38,081 bases of DNA, taken from the IMG/VR virus record IMGVR_UViG_3300020043_004908, positions 1-38,081 of that record. One strand, given 5' to 3'. Shown here in pieces: positions 1-8,257 of the stretch. Both the position numbers and the translations under genes were made by a program. Within the stretch, counting starts at the first letter, position 1; the number at the start of each line of letters is the position of its first letter. The notes under the pieces were generated by a model. It had not been told where the DNA came from and searched no databases. It saw only the letters and a list, made by a program, of their open reading frames with translations. This DNA comes from a virus (Duplodnaviria; Caudoviricetes).

Positions 1-278
1 ATTGCGTCATCTCCGTTGCAGTTCATCATTTCGCACTTGTCAAAATCAACAGGGACTAGCATGTACTCGCCAAGATTAACGTACTCTGTAACAGTAAAAT
101 CAGTGTGCAAAATAACTGTAATGCCTTGAGTGCCGCCGAATATCTGCACTGACACAAACGCCTTTCGCTGCTCGTAGCACTGACGCGCTAGATCAATGAT
201 TTCGTGAATCATATCAGCCGGAGTAGATGGGATTGCTGGTTCAAAGTCTGGATGGTCGTAAATCATTATGTCTGACAT
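1..278 (-). CDS. Hypothetical phage protein, 3' end cut by the window edge; allele of 36281..36607
   Basis: ATG at 278 with RBS; MSDIMIYDHPDFEP... matches ORF 36281..36607; nt 1-122 identical to 36333-36454. Confidence 0.8.
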   Translation of the reverse strand, partial: MSDIMIYDHPDFEPAIPSTPADMIHEIIDLARQCYEQRKAFVSVQIFGGTQGITVILHTDFTVTEYVNLGEYMLVPVDFDKCEMMNCNGDDA

Positions 279-356
279 GTGGCATTTCCTCGCTGGGTTT
301 GGTTTAGGTGGTTCATTGCATCACGTCCTTGTGATGGTGTATCTAGTGGATAGTAC

Positions 357-986
357 CTATGCCGCTGACCACTCATTGCAGCGCATTTGCTCACGCTCTC
401 GAGTAGTAAACCAGCCGCCTTTGCTCGGCGCTTTCCACAATGCTGACTTAACGTCTGCGTCTAGCTCGTTCCATGCTTCCTTGGCTGTGCTGTAGTCGTT
501 TGACTTTAAGGCTTCACGGATACATACAAGAGAGTCTAGCCACTTGTCGCAGACAGCCGTGTAAAGAGCATCTTCTGCTACTGTGTCGGCTTTAGTTGCT
601 GTTTTATGCCCAGTGTTATCCATGCTGTCAGCATCTTTGGTATCGTCAATAGCAAACAGTCCATTAAGCGCGTACTTGCGGGCGTATGAGCTAGAAGCTC
701 CGGTTATCTGACTATCATCCATGCCTTTCTTATCGAAGCTCTCACGGGCAAACGCAGTGACTACAGAGCTTTCCTTGCCATTGGATAGTATTGCAGTGGC
801 CTTTACGTAGTACCGCTCACCAATCAGCACAATCTCGTCTGACAGCAAAAGGCTAAACCCTTCGGGCAATAGCGGCTTGACTGCTTCAAGAATGTCTGAG
901 CAGTTGCGGTAATTGTACTTTCCGAAAGTGTTGGTATTTTCCTTGCCTACTTTCAGCTTGGTTTGTATGTCGTGCAATGCGTTCAT
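357..986 (-). CDS. erf: ERF-family single-strand annealing protein
   Basis: N-terminal K..N.FGKYNYR..DILEAVKP and QITGASSSYARKYALNGLFAIDD..DAD motifs typical of ERF. Confidence 0.9.
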   Translation of the reverse strand: MNALHDIQTKLKVGKENTNTFGKYNYRNCSDILEAVKPLLPEGFSLLLSDEIVLIGERYYVKATAILSNGKESSVVTAFARESFDKKGMDDSQITGASSSYARKYALNGLFAIDDTKDADSMDNTGHKTATKADTVAEDALYTAVCDKWLDSLVCIREALKSNDYSTAKEAWNELDADVKSALWKAPSKGGWFTTREREQMRCNEWSAA

Positions 987-1033
987 GGTAATTCCTCGCT
1001 CGGATTGAGTTGCTATCGTTTCATGGATTAAGG

Positions 1034-1228
1034 TCAGGCTGTATAGGTAATTACCGATTCCTGAGCCTTGGCAATCTTGGTCTTTACTCCACGGACGTAT
1101 ATTTCAACAGTGCGAGTGCTGATACCAAGTAACCTTGCCATGTGCTTATTCGGTATGCTGTCAACCATCATAAGGAAAACAGTTTTTTCTCTTGTCGTGA
1201 ATGAATTGAATAGGTCTTCAGGTGTCAT
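1034..1228 (-). CDS. LuxR/GerE-type HTH DNA-binding protein
   Basis: FTTREKTVF...NKHMARLLGISTRTVEIYV..VKTKI matches the LuxR C-terminal pattern. Confidence 0.8.
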   Translation of the reverse strand: MTPEDLFNSFTTREKTVFLMMVDSIPNKHMARLLGISTRTVEIYVRGVKTKIAKAQESVITYTA

Positions 1229-1240
1229 GCTGCGTATCCT

Positions 1241-1377
1241 CTAAGAAAAATCTACGATTTGTGACACCCAGTTATCAATGGTCGTGTAGCTAGTGCTAGG
1301 TCACAGTCAAAACCACAGCCAGTCTGCATAGGTCTAACAGGCGTGTACTTCTGCTTGCAGTGCTTACACTTTCTCAC
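1241..1377 (-). pseudogene. Deletion remnant: ninG 5' fragment fused to a DUF1367 3' fragment
   Basis: 1377-1290 encodes MRKCKHCKQKYTPVRPMQTGCGFDC (NinG N-terminal-like); 1289-1241 encodes YTTIDNWVSQIVDFS* in another frame; 1265-1289 identical to 37751-37775. Confidence 0.75.
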
Positions 1378-2171
1378 TCGTCACCATCGTAACATCCACA
1401 AGGCGCATCACGGTTAAGGTCAGTGAAGCCAAACATATCATCCGTGGCGATTAAGTCTTTCCAGCGCCATGCTCTGCCAAGCCCGTAAATGCCTGACTGT
1501 TTCCCGTCTTCGGCTCTGCGCTCTTGTGCTAAATCCTCAAGATCTATAGCTTTTTTAATCAGTTCAGGGTATTCAATTGCCATTTTTTTTATTTCGTGCG
1601 GCCTCATGTTTGGGCAAAAAAAGCATGACGATTTCCCAGCAGTTGGCAAGCCAGCATCAATCAAAGATTGCACACACTCCTGCCTGCCCATCTCCCATTC
1701 TATAAGCGGAAACCAGTCTATATCGCCACCCCTGTTTTTTCCTTTAGCATTTTCAGACCGTTTCACTTCGTCAAAATCATAACCAACGATTCTTATATGT
1801 GGGTGCATTTTGCCAAACGTACTATCTATAAACCATTGCATAGGCTCTATTTTGAATTGTACTGAACAGCTTTTATGCCCGTAGGCAATAGCGGGGAGCA
1901 TCCTATGGCTTATGCAATAATTAACGATTGATCCCTTTTTGCTTTGCTGTTCATTTTTTATAAAAGTTATTTCTGGATAACCATGCCTCACAGCATAAGA
2001 ACTCATAATCTTAATGTGCTCGTATGTATGCGGCATTTCTGCGCCAGTGTCAGCAAAGATTATTAAATCTGGCGGCTCATATCCGCGCTTGATAAGCTCT
2101 ACTAAAATTGCTGAAGAATTAGTACCACCGCCATAGGTTAATACTGCTGGCAAATCATGTGGATATTTCAT
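1374..2171 (-). CDS. PAPS-reductase-like PP-loop protein with Cys clusters
   Basis: TYGGGTNS PP-loop, FADTGAE.P.TY, CS..FKIEP, KSSCFFCP and terminal CGC. Confidence 0.8.
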   Translation of the reverse strand: MKYPHDLPAVLTYGGGTNSSAILVELIKRGYEPPDLIIFADTGAEMPHTYEHIKIMSSYAVRHGYPEITFIKNEQQSKKGSIVNYCISHRMLPAIAYGHKSCSVQFKIEPMQWFIDSTFGKMHPHIRIVGYDFDEVKRSENAKGKNRGGDIDWFPLIEWEMGRQECVQSLIDAGLPTAGKSSCFFCPNMRPHEIKKMAIEYPELIKKAIDLEDLAQERRAEDGKQSGIYGLGRAWRWKDLIATDDMFGFTDLNRDAPCGCYDGDE

Positions 2172-2262
2172 CTCTTTCTCCTATGTATAGCGCACTTCTT
2201 GCCGACTGGAACAAGACAGCCACATGGCCGCCAGGTGTGTGATGGTTTAATTGCTGTGATGG

Positions 2263-2730
2263 TCATGTAAAGCTCATTATCTCAGATACCCAGTTATCAA
2301 TCGTTTCAAAGGACTGATCTTTCCGCGTGATGATGTGCTTTAGAGCGTAGTCGATAGTCCTACTGTACAGCTTGGCAAACTCTACCTCATCCATCTTGGC
2401 AAAGCTGATAGACCTAGCGACTGCTTTAGCCTGCCCGTTTATGCCGATGTAAATGTCGTGATGACCGACTGCAATGGTAAGCTGCTCTCGAAACAGGTCG
2501 ATATTTTTCTCTGATACAAGACGATTGCCATGCTGAACGTTATCAGGTGTCCACAGCTCAAATAGCACATCTAGCAGCACAAAGTACTTCCTTAGAAACT
2601 GCCCGTTACGAGGCTTGCTCCACTTCATGCGATACACAGCACCGGATTCCATCGCGTTCAGAGTCTCGGTATCTGCCTCGGTCATCGGGTGCAGTGAGCC
2701 GTGGCGCTTGATTAGTAGCAGCTCAGACAT
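2263..2730 (-). CDS. DUF1367-family phage protein
   Basis: KPRN..F.RKYF.LL...FELW and FRE.LTI..GH...SISFAKMDE.EF..LY; located next to ninG. Confidence 0.75.
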   Translation of the reverse strand: MSELLLIKRHGSLHPMTEADTETLNAMESGAVYRMKWSKPRNGQFLRKYFVLLDVLFELWTPDNVQHGNRLVSEKNIDLFREQLTIAVGHHDIYIGINGQAKAVARSISFAKMDEVEFAKLYSRTIDYALKHIITRKDQSFETIDNWVSEIMSFT

Positions 2731-3292
2731 TCTTCAACCCTCTCAATTTAGCTTTGTAGTGCGACTGGATGGCCTTCAATTCATCTATCGTATATTTCGC
2801 AGGTGGTAACGGTGCTTTCACTGCCTCAACTCTATCAATCCCTATGCGCTCAATCAGATTGATTTCGTATTGCTCGTCAACTGTACGCGCTTTGTGACTA
2901 AACTTTCCCCCTCCCCCATTGCATTTCTTGCATTGTCGATGGCAATTATCTTCCATGAATCTTTTTTCTGGGAAAGCCCCACGACTCTTAAAATGGCCTG
3001 CATCCCATTGACCTCCCGTTGTAAATGGTGGGTCGATAACCCCGCAGCTAATACATGGCAGACCGCTATCACGCGCTCGGATGTATTCGTTGAATGTACG
3101 TTGAGCGAATTTAATCCAGTAGCTTCTATCCTGCTCCTTCAGCTCCTTCTTTTTCTTGCGTGTAACTGCGTCAAATGCCTTGTCCTTCGCTTTCTCGACA
3201 GACTGATACGCGCACCTTGGAGAGCAAGCCTTCTGCCCCATGCGGTCAGGTGTGAATGGTGTAGCGCAGTTCATGCACTTGCGTTGCTTCAT
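2723..3292 (-). CDS. ninG: NinG/Rap-family recombination endonuclease
   Basis: CxxC..F.P....Q..CS..CA; AQ..FN.YIR.RD..PCISCG; WDAGHF.SRGA.P..RF.EDNCH.QC..CN. Confidence 0.9.
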   Translation of the reverse strand: MKQRKCMNCATPFTPDRMGQKACSPRCAYQSVEKAKDKAFDAVTRKKKKELKEQDRSYWIKFAQRTFNEYIRARDSGLPCISCGVIDPPFTTGGQWDAGHFKSRGAFPEKRFMEDNCHRQCKKCNGGGGKFSHKARTVDEQYEINLIERIGIDRVEAVKAPLPPAKYTIDELKAIQSHYKAKLRGLKNV

Positions 3293-3352
3293 AAACCCTA
3301 CTTTCCCAGTGCTGTGACGTAATTAAATACGTCAGGTGATTTCTAATTAGTG

Positions 3353-3493
3353 TTATGCGTCACGCTTAAATCGCTCCACGTACTTTAGGACGCGCTCTTT
3401 CTGCTCTGGTGTGAGCCACAAGCGCAGCTCTACCAGACCGTTTTTCTTTCTGTTTGCGCGTGTGTTGCGCATCAACTCGCTCTTTGCTTTCAT
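3353..3493 (-). CDS. 46-aa basic protein, probable ribbon-helix-helix DNA binder (not in ORF track)
   Basis: MKAKSELMRNTRANRKKNGLVELRLWLTPEQKERVLKYVERFKRDA; ATGA-coupled to the upstream ORF; paralogous to the C-terminus of 4608..4877. Confidence 0.7.
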   Translation of the reverse strand: MKAKSELMRNTRANRKKNGLVELRLWLTPEQKERVLKYVERFKRDA

Positions 3494-3762
3494 GCCTTTC
3501 CGCTCTCAAAAATCTGCCAGTCTGTTTTATTTGTTATTGCCTTTTGCAGTTTATAATGCGCTGGCCTCCTTATAATATCCGCGTAAAGCTGTTGCTGATT
3601 TTTGCTGTATCGCAAACACTCCTGTGGGTTGCCACTTTCCCTTGCGCTTAACCTCCACCAAACAGAAATCCAATAATAACTGCGCGGCCACCCTTCCTTG
3701 TGTCCCATATCAGCCGCGTGACACTGCGCTTGCCTTAAAGTCAATGGTTGCCTAGCTCTCAT
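3490..3762 (-). CDS. Hypothetical cassette protein
   Basis: ORF with ATGA coupling at both ends. Confidence 0.6.
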   Translation of the reverse strand: MRARQPLTLRQAQCHAADMGHKEGWPRSYYWISVWWRLSARESGNPQECLRYSKNQQQLYADIIRRPAHYKLQKAITNKTDWQIFESGKA

Positions 3763-4040
3763 TCCGCACACTCTAAAGCGTATTTCTGCACGTTTTTGCG
3801 AGTACCAAACATCTTAAAGAGGCCATCCGCGCTACCTTTTGCGGCAATCTCATAAGGAACGCGAGAAACAACTTCGTAGCAGTCATCGCCTATCTTGTCG
3901 CCGTTACTCATCACAACACCTTGAACAATGGCTTTACCGCAGCAATCGCACTTTTCCCAAAACTCACGCGGTGGCGATACTTTTTTGCCGCTTGCAAAGT
4001 CAACAGTTTTTAGGCTAAAAGTTTTTGTTTTGGTAATCAT
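3759..4040 (-). CDS. Hypothetical cassette protein with CxxC...C (possible Zn-binding)
   Basis: Start reassigned to ATG 4040 with GGAGA RBS; CDCCGK...IGDDC. Confidence 0.65.
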   Translation of the reverse strand: MITKTKTFSLKTVDFASGKKVSPPREFWEKCDCCGKAIVQGVVMSNGDKIGDDCYEVVSRVPYEIAAKGSADGLFKMFGTRKNVQKYALECAE

Positions 4041-4067
4041 GTCTGAATCTCCGCAGTCGATGTGTTC

Positions 4068-4095
4068 ATTATACACAGTAACGCGTTACCTGCAA
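4068..4095 (-). promoter_or_regulatory. sigma70-like promoter with a palindromic operator
   Basis: TTGCAG (4095-4090), 16 bp, TATAAT (4073-4068); perfect palindrome GTAACGCGTTAC (4078-4089) in the spacer. Confidence 0.7.
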
Positions 4096-4137
4096 GCACT
4101 ATTTCCAATTATTTTTACTGTTAATTCATACAGTGCC

Positions 4138-4185
4138 GCATAACAACTCGCTCAACCGGACAAGCCGGTTAGCTTGGGGTTATAT
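4138..4185 (+). other. attC-like recombination site A (48 bp)
   Basis: R'' GCATAAC, AACTC, L'' GCT(C)AACC, GGACAAGCC, L' GGTTAGC, TTGGG, R' GTTATAT. Confidence 0.85.
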
Positions 4186-4542
4186 GCCACTGAAACATCG
4201 GCTCATAGCTTCATCAATACAGAATCCTCTGTTTGGTAATATCCCGTTTATTGTCATCTCGTAGACTATCAACGGCACTTCGGCTTGCGTGTACTCATTA
4301 GGCAGCATTGTTATGGTTAAACGTCTTTCTCCTTTCTCGTTCATTGCGCCAATAACTGCTTCGTAATCCGCAAGATCAACAGTTTTGCATTCTGCAGAGT
4401 ACATGGGCTTTTCCACTATTCTCGGGTATTCATGCAAAGGATCAATCGAAAAAATATCGAGCCTAGTTTTAACGGGCTTCCTGTAGCAGTAGTCATAGTA
4501 TTTTCTTGCTGCTGCACCGTGTACCTTGCCTGTAACTATCAT
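4180..4542 (-). CDS. Hypothetical protein, cassette 2
   Basis: 120-aa ORF with AGGAGA RBS; stop TAA lies in R' of site A. Confidence 0.7.
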   Translation of the reverse strand: MIVTGKVHGAAARKYYDYCYRKPVKTRLDIFSIDPLHEYPRIVEKPMYSAECKTVDLADYEAVIGAMNEKGERRLTITMLPNEYTQAEVPLIVYEMTINGILPNRGFCIDEAMSRCFSGI

Positions 4543-4607
4543 TCGTTTCTCCTATGTGTCATATAAAAACTCATTCAACCGGACGCTTCGCGCCGGTTAG
4601 CTTGGGG
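4180..4607. mobile_element. attC gene cassette 2
   Basis: Starts G|TTATATG and ends CATATAAA (one mismatch to CATATAAC) plus attC B. Confidence 0.75.
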
Positions 4608-4613
4608 TTATGC
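4561..4613 (+). other. attC-like site B (R'' AAC mutated to AAA)
   Basis: ATATAAA-AACTC-ATTCAACC-GGACGCTTCGCGCC-GGTTAGC-TTGGG-GTTATGC. Confidence 0.8.
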
Positions 4614-4877
4614 GTCACGTTTAACCCGCGCCACGTACTTTAAGACTCGCTCTTTCTGTTCTAGTGTGAGCCAAAACTCGCACCTTAATAAGCCGTCTCG
4701 CTTTCTATCTCTACGCATTTTTTCCATCATTAGTTTTTTAGATCGTTTATTATCTCTCTCGCAAACTGCACACATAACGCCAGAGTAGTGCATTAAGTGC
4801 CTTTGGCATAATTTAAAACCTTTGCATTTATCGCACAATCCTACTGGGTTAAAATGCTCGCATACTTCACGATTCAT
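4608..4877 (-). CDS. Cys/His-rich N-terminus plus RHH-like C-terminus, cassette 3
   Basis: CEH...CDKC...CQRH...CAVC followed by GLLRCEFWLTLEQKERVLKYV; stop in R' of site B. Confidence 0.65.
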   Translation of the reverse strand: MNREVCEHFNPVGLCDKCKGFKLCQRHLMHYSGVMCAVCERDNKRSKKLMMEKMRRDRKRDGLLRCEFWLTLEQKERVLKYVARVKRDA

Positions 4878-5065
4878 ACAATTCTAGTTCCATTAGCGGT
4901 TACTGTTGTCCATATTTGTCTGTTGCGCTGTGGGCAAAAATACACTTCAAATCTACATCCGTTACCAGCTTCACCAGCAAATATAATGTTTTGGTTTGTC
5001 GAGTTTGCTGCGTTTTTTGCTTGATTGTATGTCATGTTGGATGGTATTCCAGTGTAGATAGTCAT
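4874..5065 (-). CDS. Hypothetical protein, cassette 3
   Basis: Start reassigned to ATG 5065 with AAGGAGA RBS; leader shared with the ORF starting at 4040. Confidence 0.6.
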   Translation of the reverse strand: MTIYTGIPSNMTYNQAKNAANSTNQNIIFAGEAGNGCRFEVYFCPQRNRQIWTTVTANGTRIV

Positions 5066-5133
5066 GTCTGCATCTCCTTGGTTGATGTGTTCATTATCCA
5101 TACCCTGCACATAATCTATATACGTAATATCCA

Positions 5134-5472
5134 CTAAAGCCCCTCTGCCCATGATCTGTCTATTGGTACTACGGTGTCAGGTCGCCATGACTTGTCTGTG
5201 TGAAGCGCTATAAAGCTATCCTGGCGCTTTGTGCTGTCGTCTGCGTAAACATCCTGCCATCCTTGTATTATCGCTCTCTCCAATAGCAGGTTTGGACAGT
5301 GGCCTTCCTGCTCCAATCTGGACAGCTTGCGAATCAGCATATCAATACCGCGCGCACTGATTGGCTTTTTAATGTCCAGCTTCCTTGCTTCGACAAATGA
5401 TTCAAGTAGTGATCGGTCTATGCTGTCCTGTAGTAGCAGGGGCAAACATGTCGGTTTGTGTGTCATATTCAT
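5134..5472 (-). CDS. Small protein resembling the C-terminal domain of phage replication initiators
   Basis: F..ARK.IKKP.S......LI.KL......N.LLE.AI..GWQ.VY pattern. Confidence 0.5.
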   Translation of the reverse strand: MNMTHKPTCLPLLLQDSIDRSLLESFVEARKLDIKKPISARGIDMLIRKLSRLEQEGHCPNLLLERAIIQGWQDVYADDSTKRQDSFIALHTDKSWRPDTVVPIDRSWAEGL

Positions 5473-5605
5473 CAGCCTTGGTTACTTTTACGTTATGTCC
5501 ATATTTGATCTTGATAAACAGCTTTATGCACTCTGACCCGTAAATTTCCCCGCCATGATAATAGACTTGCTTTAGCCTCTTACCGCAGCGGGAACATTTC
5601 GTCAC
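5402..5605 (-). CDS. Small Zn-finger-like hypothetical protein
   Basis: CSRCGK.L......YGSEC; GTGA-coupled to the MTase. Confidence 0.5.
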   Translation of the reverse strand: MTKCSRCGKRLKQVYYHGGEIYGSECIKLFIKIKYGHNVKVTKADEYDTQTDMFAPATTGQHRPITT

Positions 5606-6627
5606 GCGAATAAGTCCATAGGTTCGAACACTTCATCAGTGAAACGACTTTCAGCCAGAGAAAGATTTATTTTTGCCTGCTTGAAATAGCTGTCTTTTAA
5701 TTCGATTCCGATTGCCTTGCGTCCTAACGAAACAGGGCTATAAACCTCGCTACCAACTCCCATAAAAGGCGTTAACACTGTTTCTCCGATATTAGAATAT
5801 AGATCAACCAGTCTATCGATAACATCAAGCTGCAACGGGTGGACGTGCTTCTCGTCATCCTCCTCTCTCGCATCACGGAAAGGTAAAACATTATCAATAC
5901 GAATGTCATCCCAAACGCTTGACGCGTAACGTTGCCAAATATAATGACTCAGCTTGTTTGATTTTGGATCTTCGTGGTCATAAAACATTTTATTCAGAGT
6001 GTCCCACAACTCCTCAGCCGTTAGCTTTGATTCATTGGCGTTATTCCAAGCCTGTAGGATGTTTGGCAGTATTGGGGTATCTCCTGCATATCGCTTAAAC
6101 CCGCATGAGTGGGTTACTGGCACTGCATTGTCGCCTTTTTTTGTCAGTATAAGCACATAGTCAGGCATGGCCGTGAAGCATTGTGTTGAGTCCTCTACTA
6201 TCAATTTGTGCATCAGGCTCTTAACCATTGTCCTCATTCTTACCTTCAATGGCTCTTTCCATATAGTGATTCTGTTTCTGTACTGGAATCCGTACTTCTC
6301 GTGTATGCGGATTATCTCGTGCGGGAAGTCCCATAGCCTGCAAGCATTGTCAAAAACATCAGTACAATGAACCGCTGTTATCCTGCCAGGCTTTGTAACC
6401 CTAGCCATTTGAGCAATCAGATAATCATACTGGTCAATAAATTGCTCTTTATTCTCGCAGTTTGAAAAATCACGCTCACTTGAGCTGTAATTGTACAGTC
6501 CTGCAAATGGTGGGCTATATATTGATAAGTCTACCGATTCATCCGGTATCGACTGCAATACATCCATGCAATCTCCGTTATAAATTGCGTAGTTTTTCGT
6601 TACTTCCTGATCCTTAATATCGCTCAT
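5602..6627 (-). CDS. DNA methyltransferase, N4-C/N6-A beta class
   Basis: GDC...DLSIYSPPF catalytic motif precedes VLTPFMGVGS..GRKAIGIEL SAM-binding motif. Confidence 0.9.
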   Translation of the reverse strand: MSDIKDQEVTKNYAIYNGDCMDVLQSIPDESVDLSIYSPPFAGLYNYSSSERDFSNCENKEQFIDQYDYLIAQMARVTKPGRITAVHCTDVFDNACRLWDFPHEIIRIHEKYGFQYRNRITIWKEPLKVRMRTMVKSLMHKLIVEDSTQCFTAMPDYVLILTKKGDNAVPVTHSCGFKRYAGDTPILPNILQAWNNANESKLTAEELWDTLNKMFYDHEDPKSNKLSHYIWQRYASSVWDDIRIDNVLPFRDAREEDDEKHVHPLQLDVIDRLVDLYSNIGETVLTPFMGVGSEVYSPVSLGRKAIGIELKDSYFKQAKINLSLAESRFTDEVFEPMDLFA

Positions 6628-8009
6628 TTCAAAAACTCCGGTAATGTGATTGTCTGATTAAACTCTTTTTTTGTTTCTGTGAAACTTCTATTCGCATTCT
6701 TTACTAGGTTTTCATATAGATCAATCGCTTTCTGTGTCTTTTGTTGTAGTGCTTCCATCACTCGCTCTTGCCCTTCGCTTATAACAAGGTCTACTATGAC
6801 CTCTTGCTTTTGACCAAACCTCCAGAATCTTCGGATAGCCTGATAATACTGCTCATAACTCCAAGTCGGGAAATATACAGTATGGTTGCAGTGTTGCCAG
6901 TTTAGACCCATTGAAGTCATGGATGCCTTTGTTATCAGTCTGTCTATATCTCCATTTGCAAAAGCAATCAGTATTTCCTCTTTCTTGTCTATGCTCATTG
7001 ATCCTATTATTTCCTTTGCATTACGATCCATTTTTGAAAGGTTGGCGCTCTCGTCATTAGTATTACACCAGTAGACCGATGTTTTTCCATTTGCCAACTC
7101 TACCGCTCTTTCGCATCTTTCGATAGTGGTCTGTTTCTGTTCAACCCTTACCTCTGACATTGTCTTAGCTGCCATTGCAAACAAAGACTCCTGACCATTT
7201 ATGCACCATGTATTGCTGTTGTGAACTACATGATTGTTTGTTATCAGTGGAGGCAACTTATAAAGTTCATCGCTAAAGTTTCCTATATCCGATGGCTTTT
7301 TTACCATTATTGCCCACTGGTTTACCCATGCAAAAAAGTCCCACTCTGCGTGTGGCTTCAGGTAAAACTTTTCGCCTATATTCCTGTTTGTGGAGTCTAC
7401 GCTGTTCTGGTTGCTTTTGAAAAACTTGCCAAGCATATCCATATATCCCATATACCCAAGTGCTTCCGAGCTATTTCCTAGCTCGATAAAGTCATTAGGG
7501 CTTGGTGTGGCAGTGCTTAGGAATCTATACCTGACGCGCTTTATAAAAGCGATGATGGCATCCTTGGTAGCACCTGCAAAGTTCTTAAGTATGCTTGACT
7601 CATCCAGCATTACGCACTCGAAATCATCGGGATTGAAATGGTGCAGCCTTTCGTAATTAGCGATAACTATCTTTTTTGTAAACCTTCCATCCTTTGATTG
7701 CTCTATGTCGTCAATACCTATCCTTTGTGCCTCATTAAGAAACTGGAACGCTACAGCCAAAGGGGTAAGTATCAATACCCGCTTATTTGTTGACATAACC
7801 ACGTTATAGGCTACTGATAGCTGTATTAGTGTCTTTCCTAGTCCAGTGTCGGCAAATACACCATAGCGGCCTTTCTGTACTGTCTTTTCAATAATTGCTC
7901 GCTGGAAATCAAACGCACTATCTGGTATCCAATTAGCTTTAAACCCATTATCTGATAGAGAATGTTTCTTATTCCGGATAAAATCCTGGTAGCTCACACA
8001 TTCCGCCAT
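6624..8009 (-). CDS. SF2 (SNF2-like) helicase
   Basis: DTGLGKT (Walker A), LDESS, TATPSPND, GLNWQ, QAIRRFWRFGQ. Confidence 0.88.
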   Translation of the reverse strand: MAECVSYQDFIRNKKHSLSDNGFKANWIPDSAFDFQRAIIEKTVQKGRYGVFADTGLGKTLIQLSVAYNVVMSTNKRVLILTPLAVAFQFLNEAQRIGIDDIEQSKDGRFTKKIVIANYERLHHFNPDDFECVMLDESSILKNFAGATKDAIIAFIKRVRYRFLSTATPSPNDFIELGNSSEALGYMGYMDMLGKFFKSNQNSVDSTNRNIGEKFYLKPHAEWDFFAWVNQWAIMVKKPSDIGNFSDELYKLPPLITNNHVVHNSNTWCINGQESLFAMAAKTMSEVRVEQKQTTIERCERAVELANGKTSVYWCNTNDESANLSKMDRNAKEIIGSMSIDKKEEILIAFANGDIDRLITKASMTSMGLNWQHCNHTVYFPTWSYEQYYQAIRRFWRFGQKQEVIVDLVISEGQERVMEALQQKTQKAIDLYENLVKNANRSFTETKKEFNQTITLPEFLK

Positions 8010-8257
8010 GTCTTGTAACTCCTGATCGCTTCGATGGTTCGGATATGAACGCCATATTCCGATGACTGTGATTTTGCAGTAATACCATGCTCGGCTTGTA
8101 TCCGTATTTTCCGCACTATTGACTGGTTTAATTTTGCGTGTGGTAATTGATTGCCGCTCTTAGCGTACTTTCGAGGGTCACACAGATAATCCTCTCTGGA
8201 TATATTGTGCTTTGATCCTTTGCGGTTGTAGGTGTCGTTTGGGTCTATGTATGCCAT
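7994..8257 (-). CDS. Small HTH protein resembling the C-terminal DNA-binding domain of phage HNH nucleases
   Basis: G...PHAKL....VRKIR.......YGV...TI..IR..KTW. Confidence 0.55.
   Translation of the reverse strand: MAYIDPNDTYNRKGSKHNISREDYLCDPRKYAKSGNQLPHAKLNQSIVRKIRIQAEHGITAKSQSSEYGVHIRTIEAIRSYKTWRNV

Larger units (their letters stand above)
1..1056. repeat. Left copy of a divergent terminal duplication (partner 36333..37726)
   Basis: 122-bp identity at the start, similar sequence to about 560, and a 66-bp identical block 991-1056 = 37661-37726. Confidence 0.9.
3353..4179. mobile_element. attC gene cassette 1 (three inverted ORFs with own promoter)
   Basis: Starts G|TTATGCG (3352) and ends CGCATAAC (4137-4144) plus a complete attC. 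Confidence 0.8.

Noticed and set aside
1-122. True direct terminal repeat of the virion DNA
   Set aside because: The matching copy is internal (36333) and continues into a divergent allele, which fits an assembly overlap better.
2175-4557. 12-bp match TTTCTCCTATGT upstream of the PAPS-like gene and the cassette 2 gene
   Set aside because: Largely the RBS itself, and no attC remnant flanks the PAPS-like gene.
4138-4613. attC-like palindromes as simple rho-independent terminators
   Set aside because: No U-tracts; conserved bulge and spacer geometry; R'' matches the distant R' of the same cassette.
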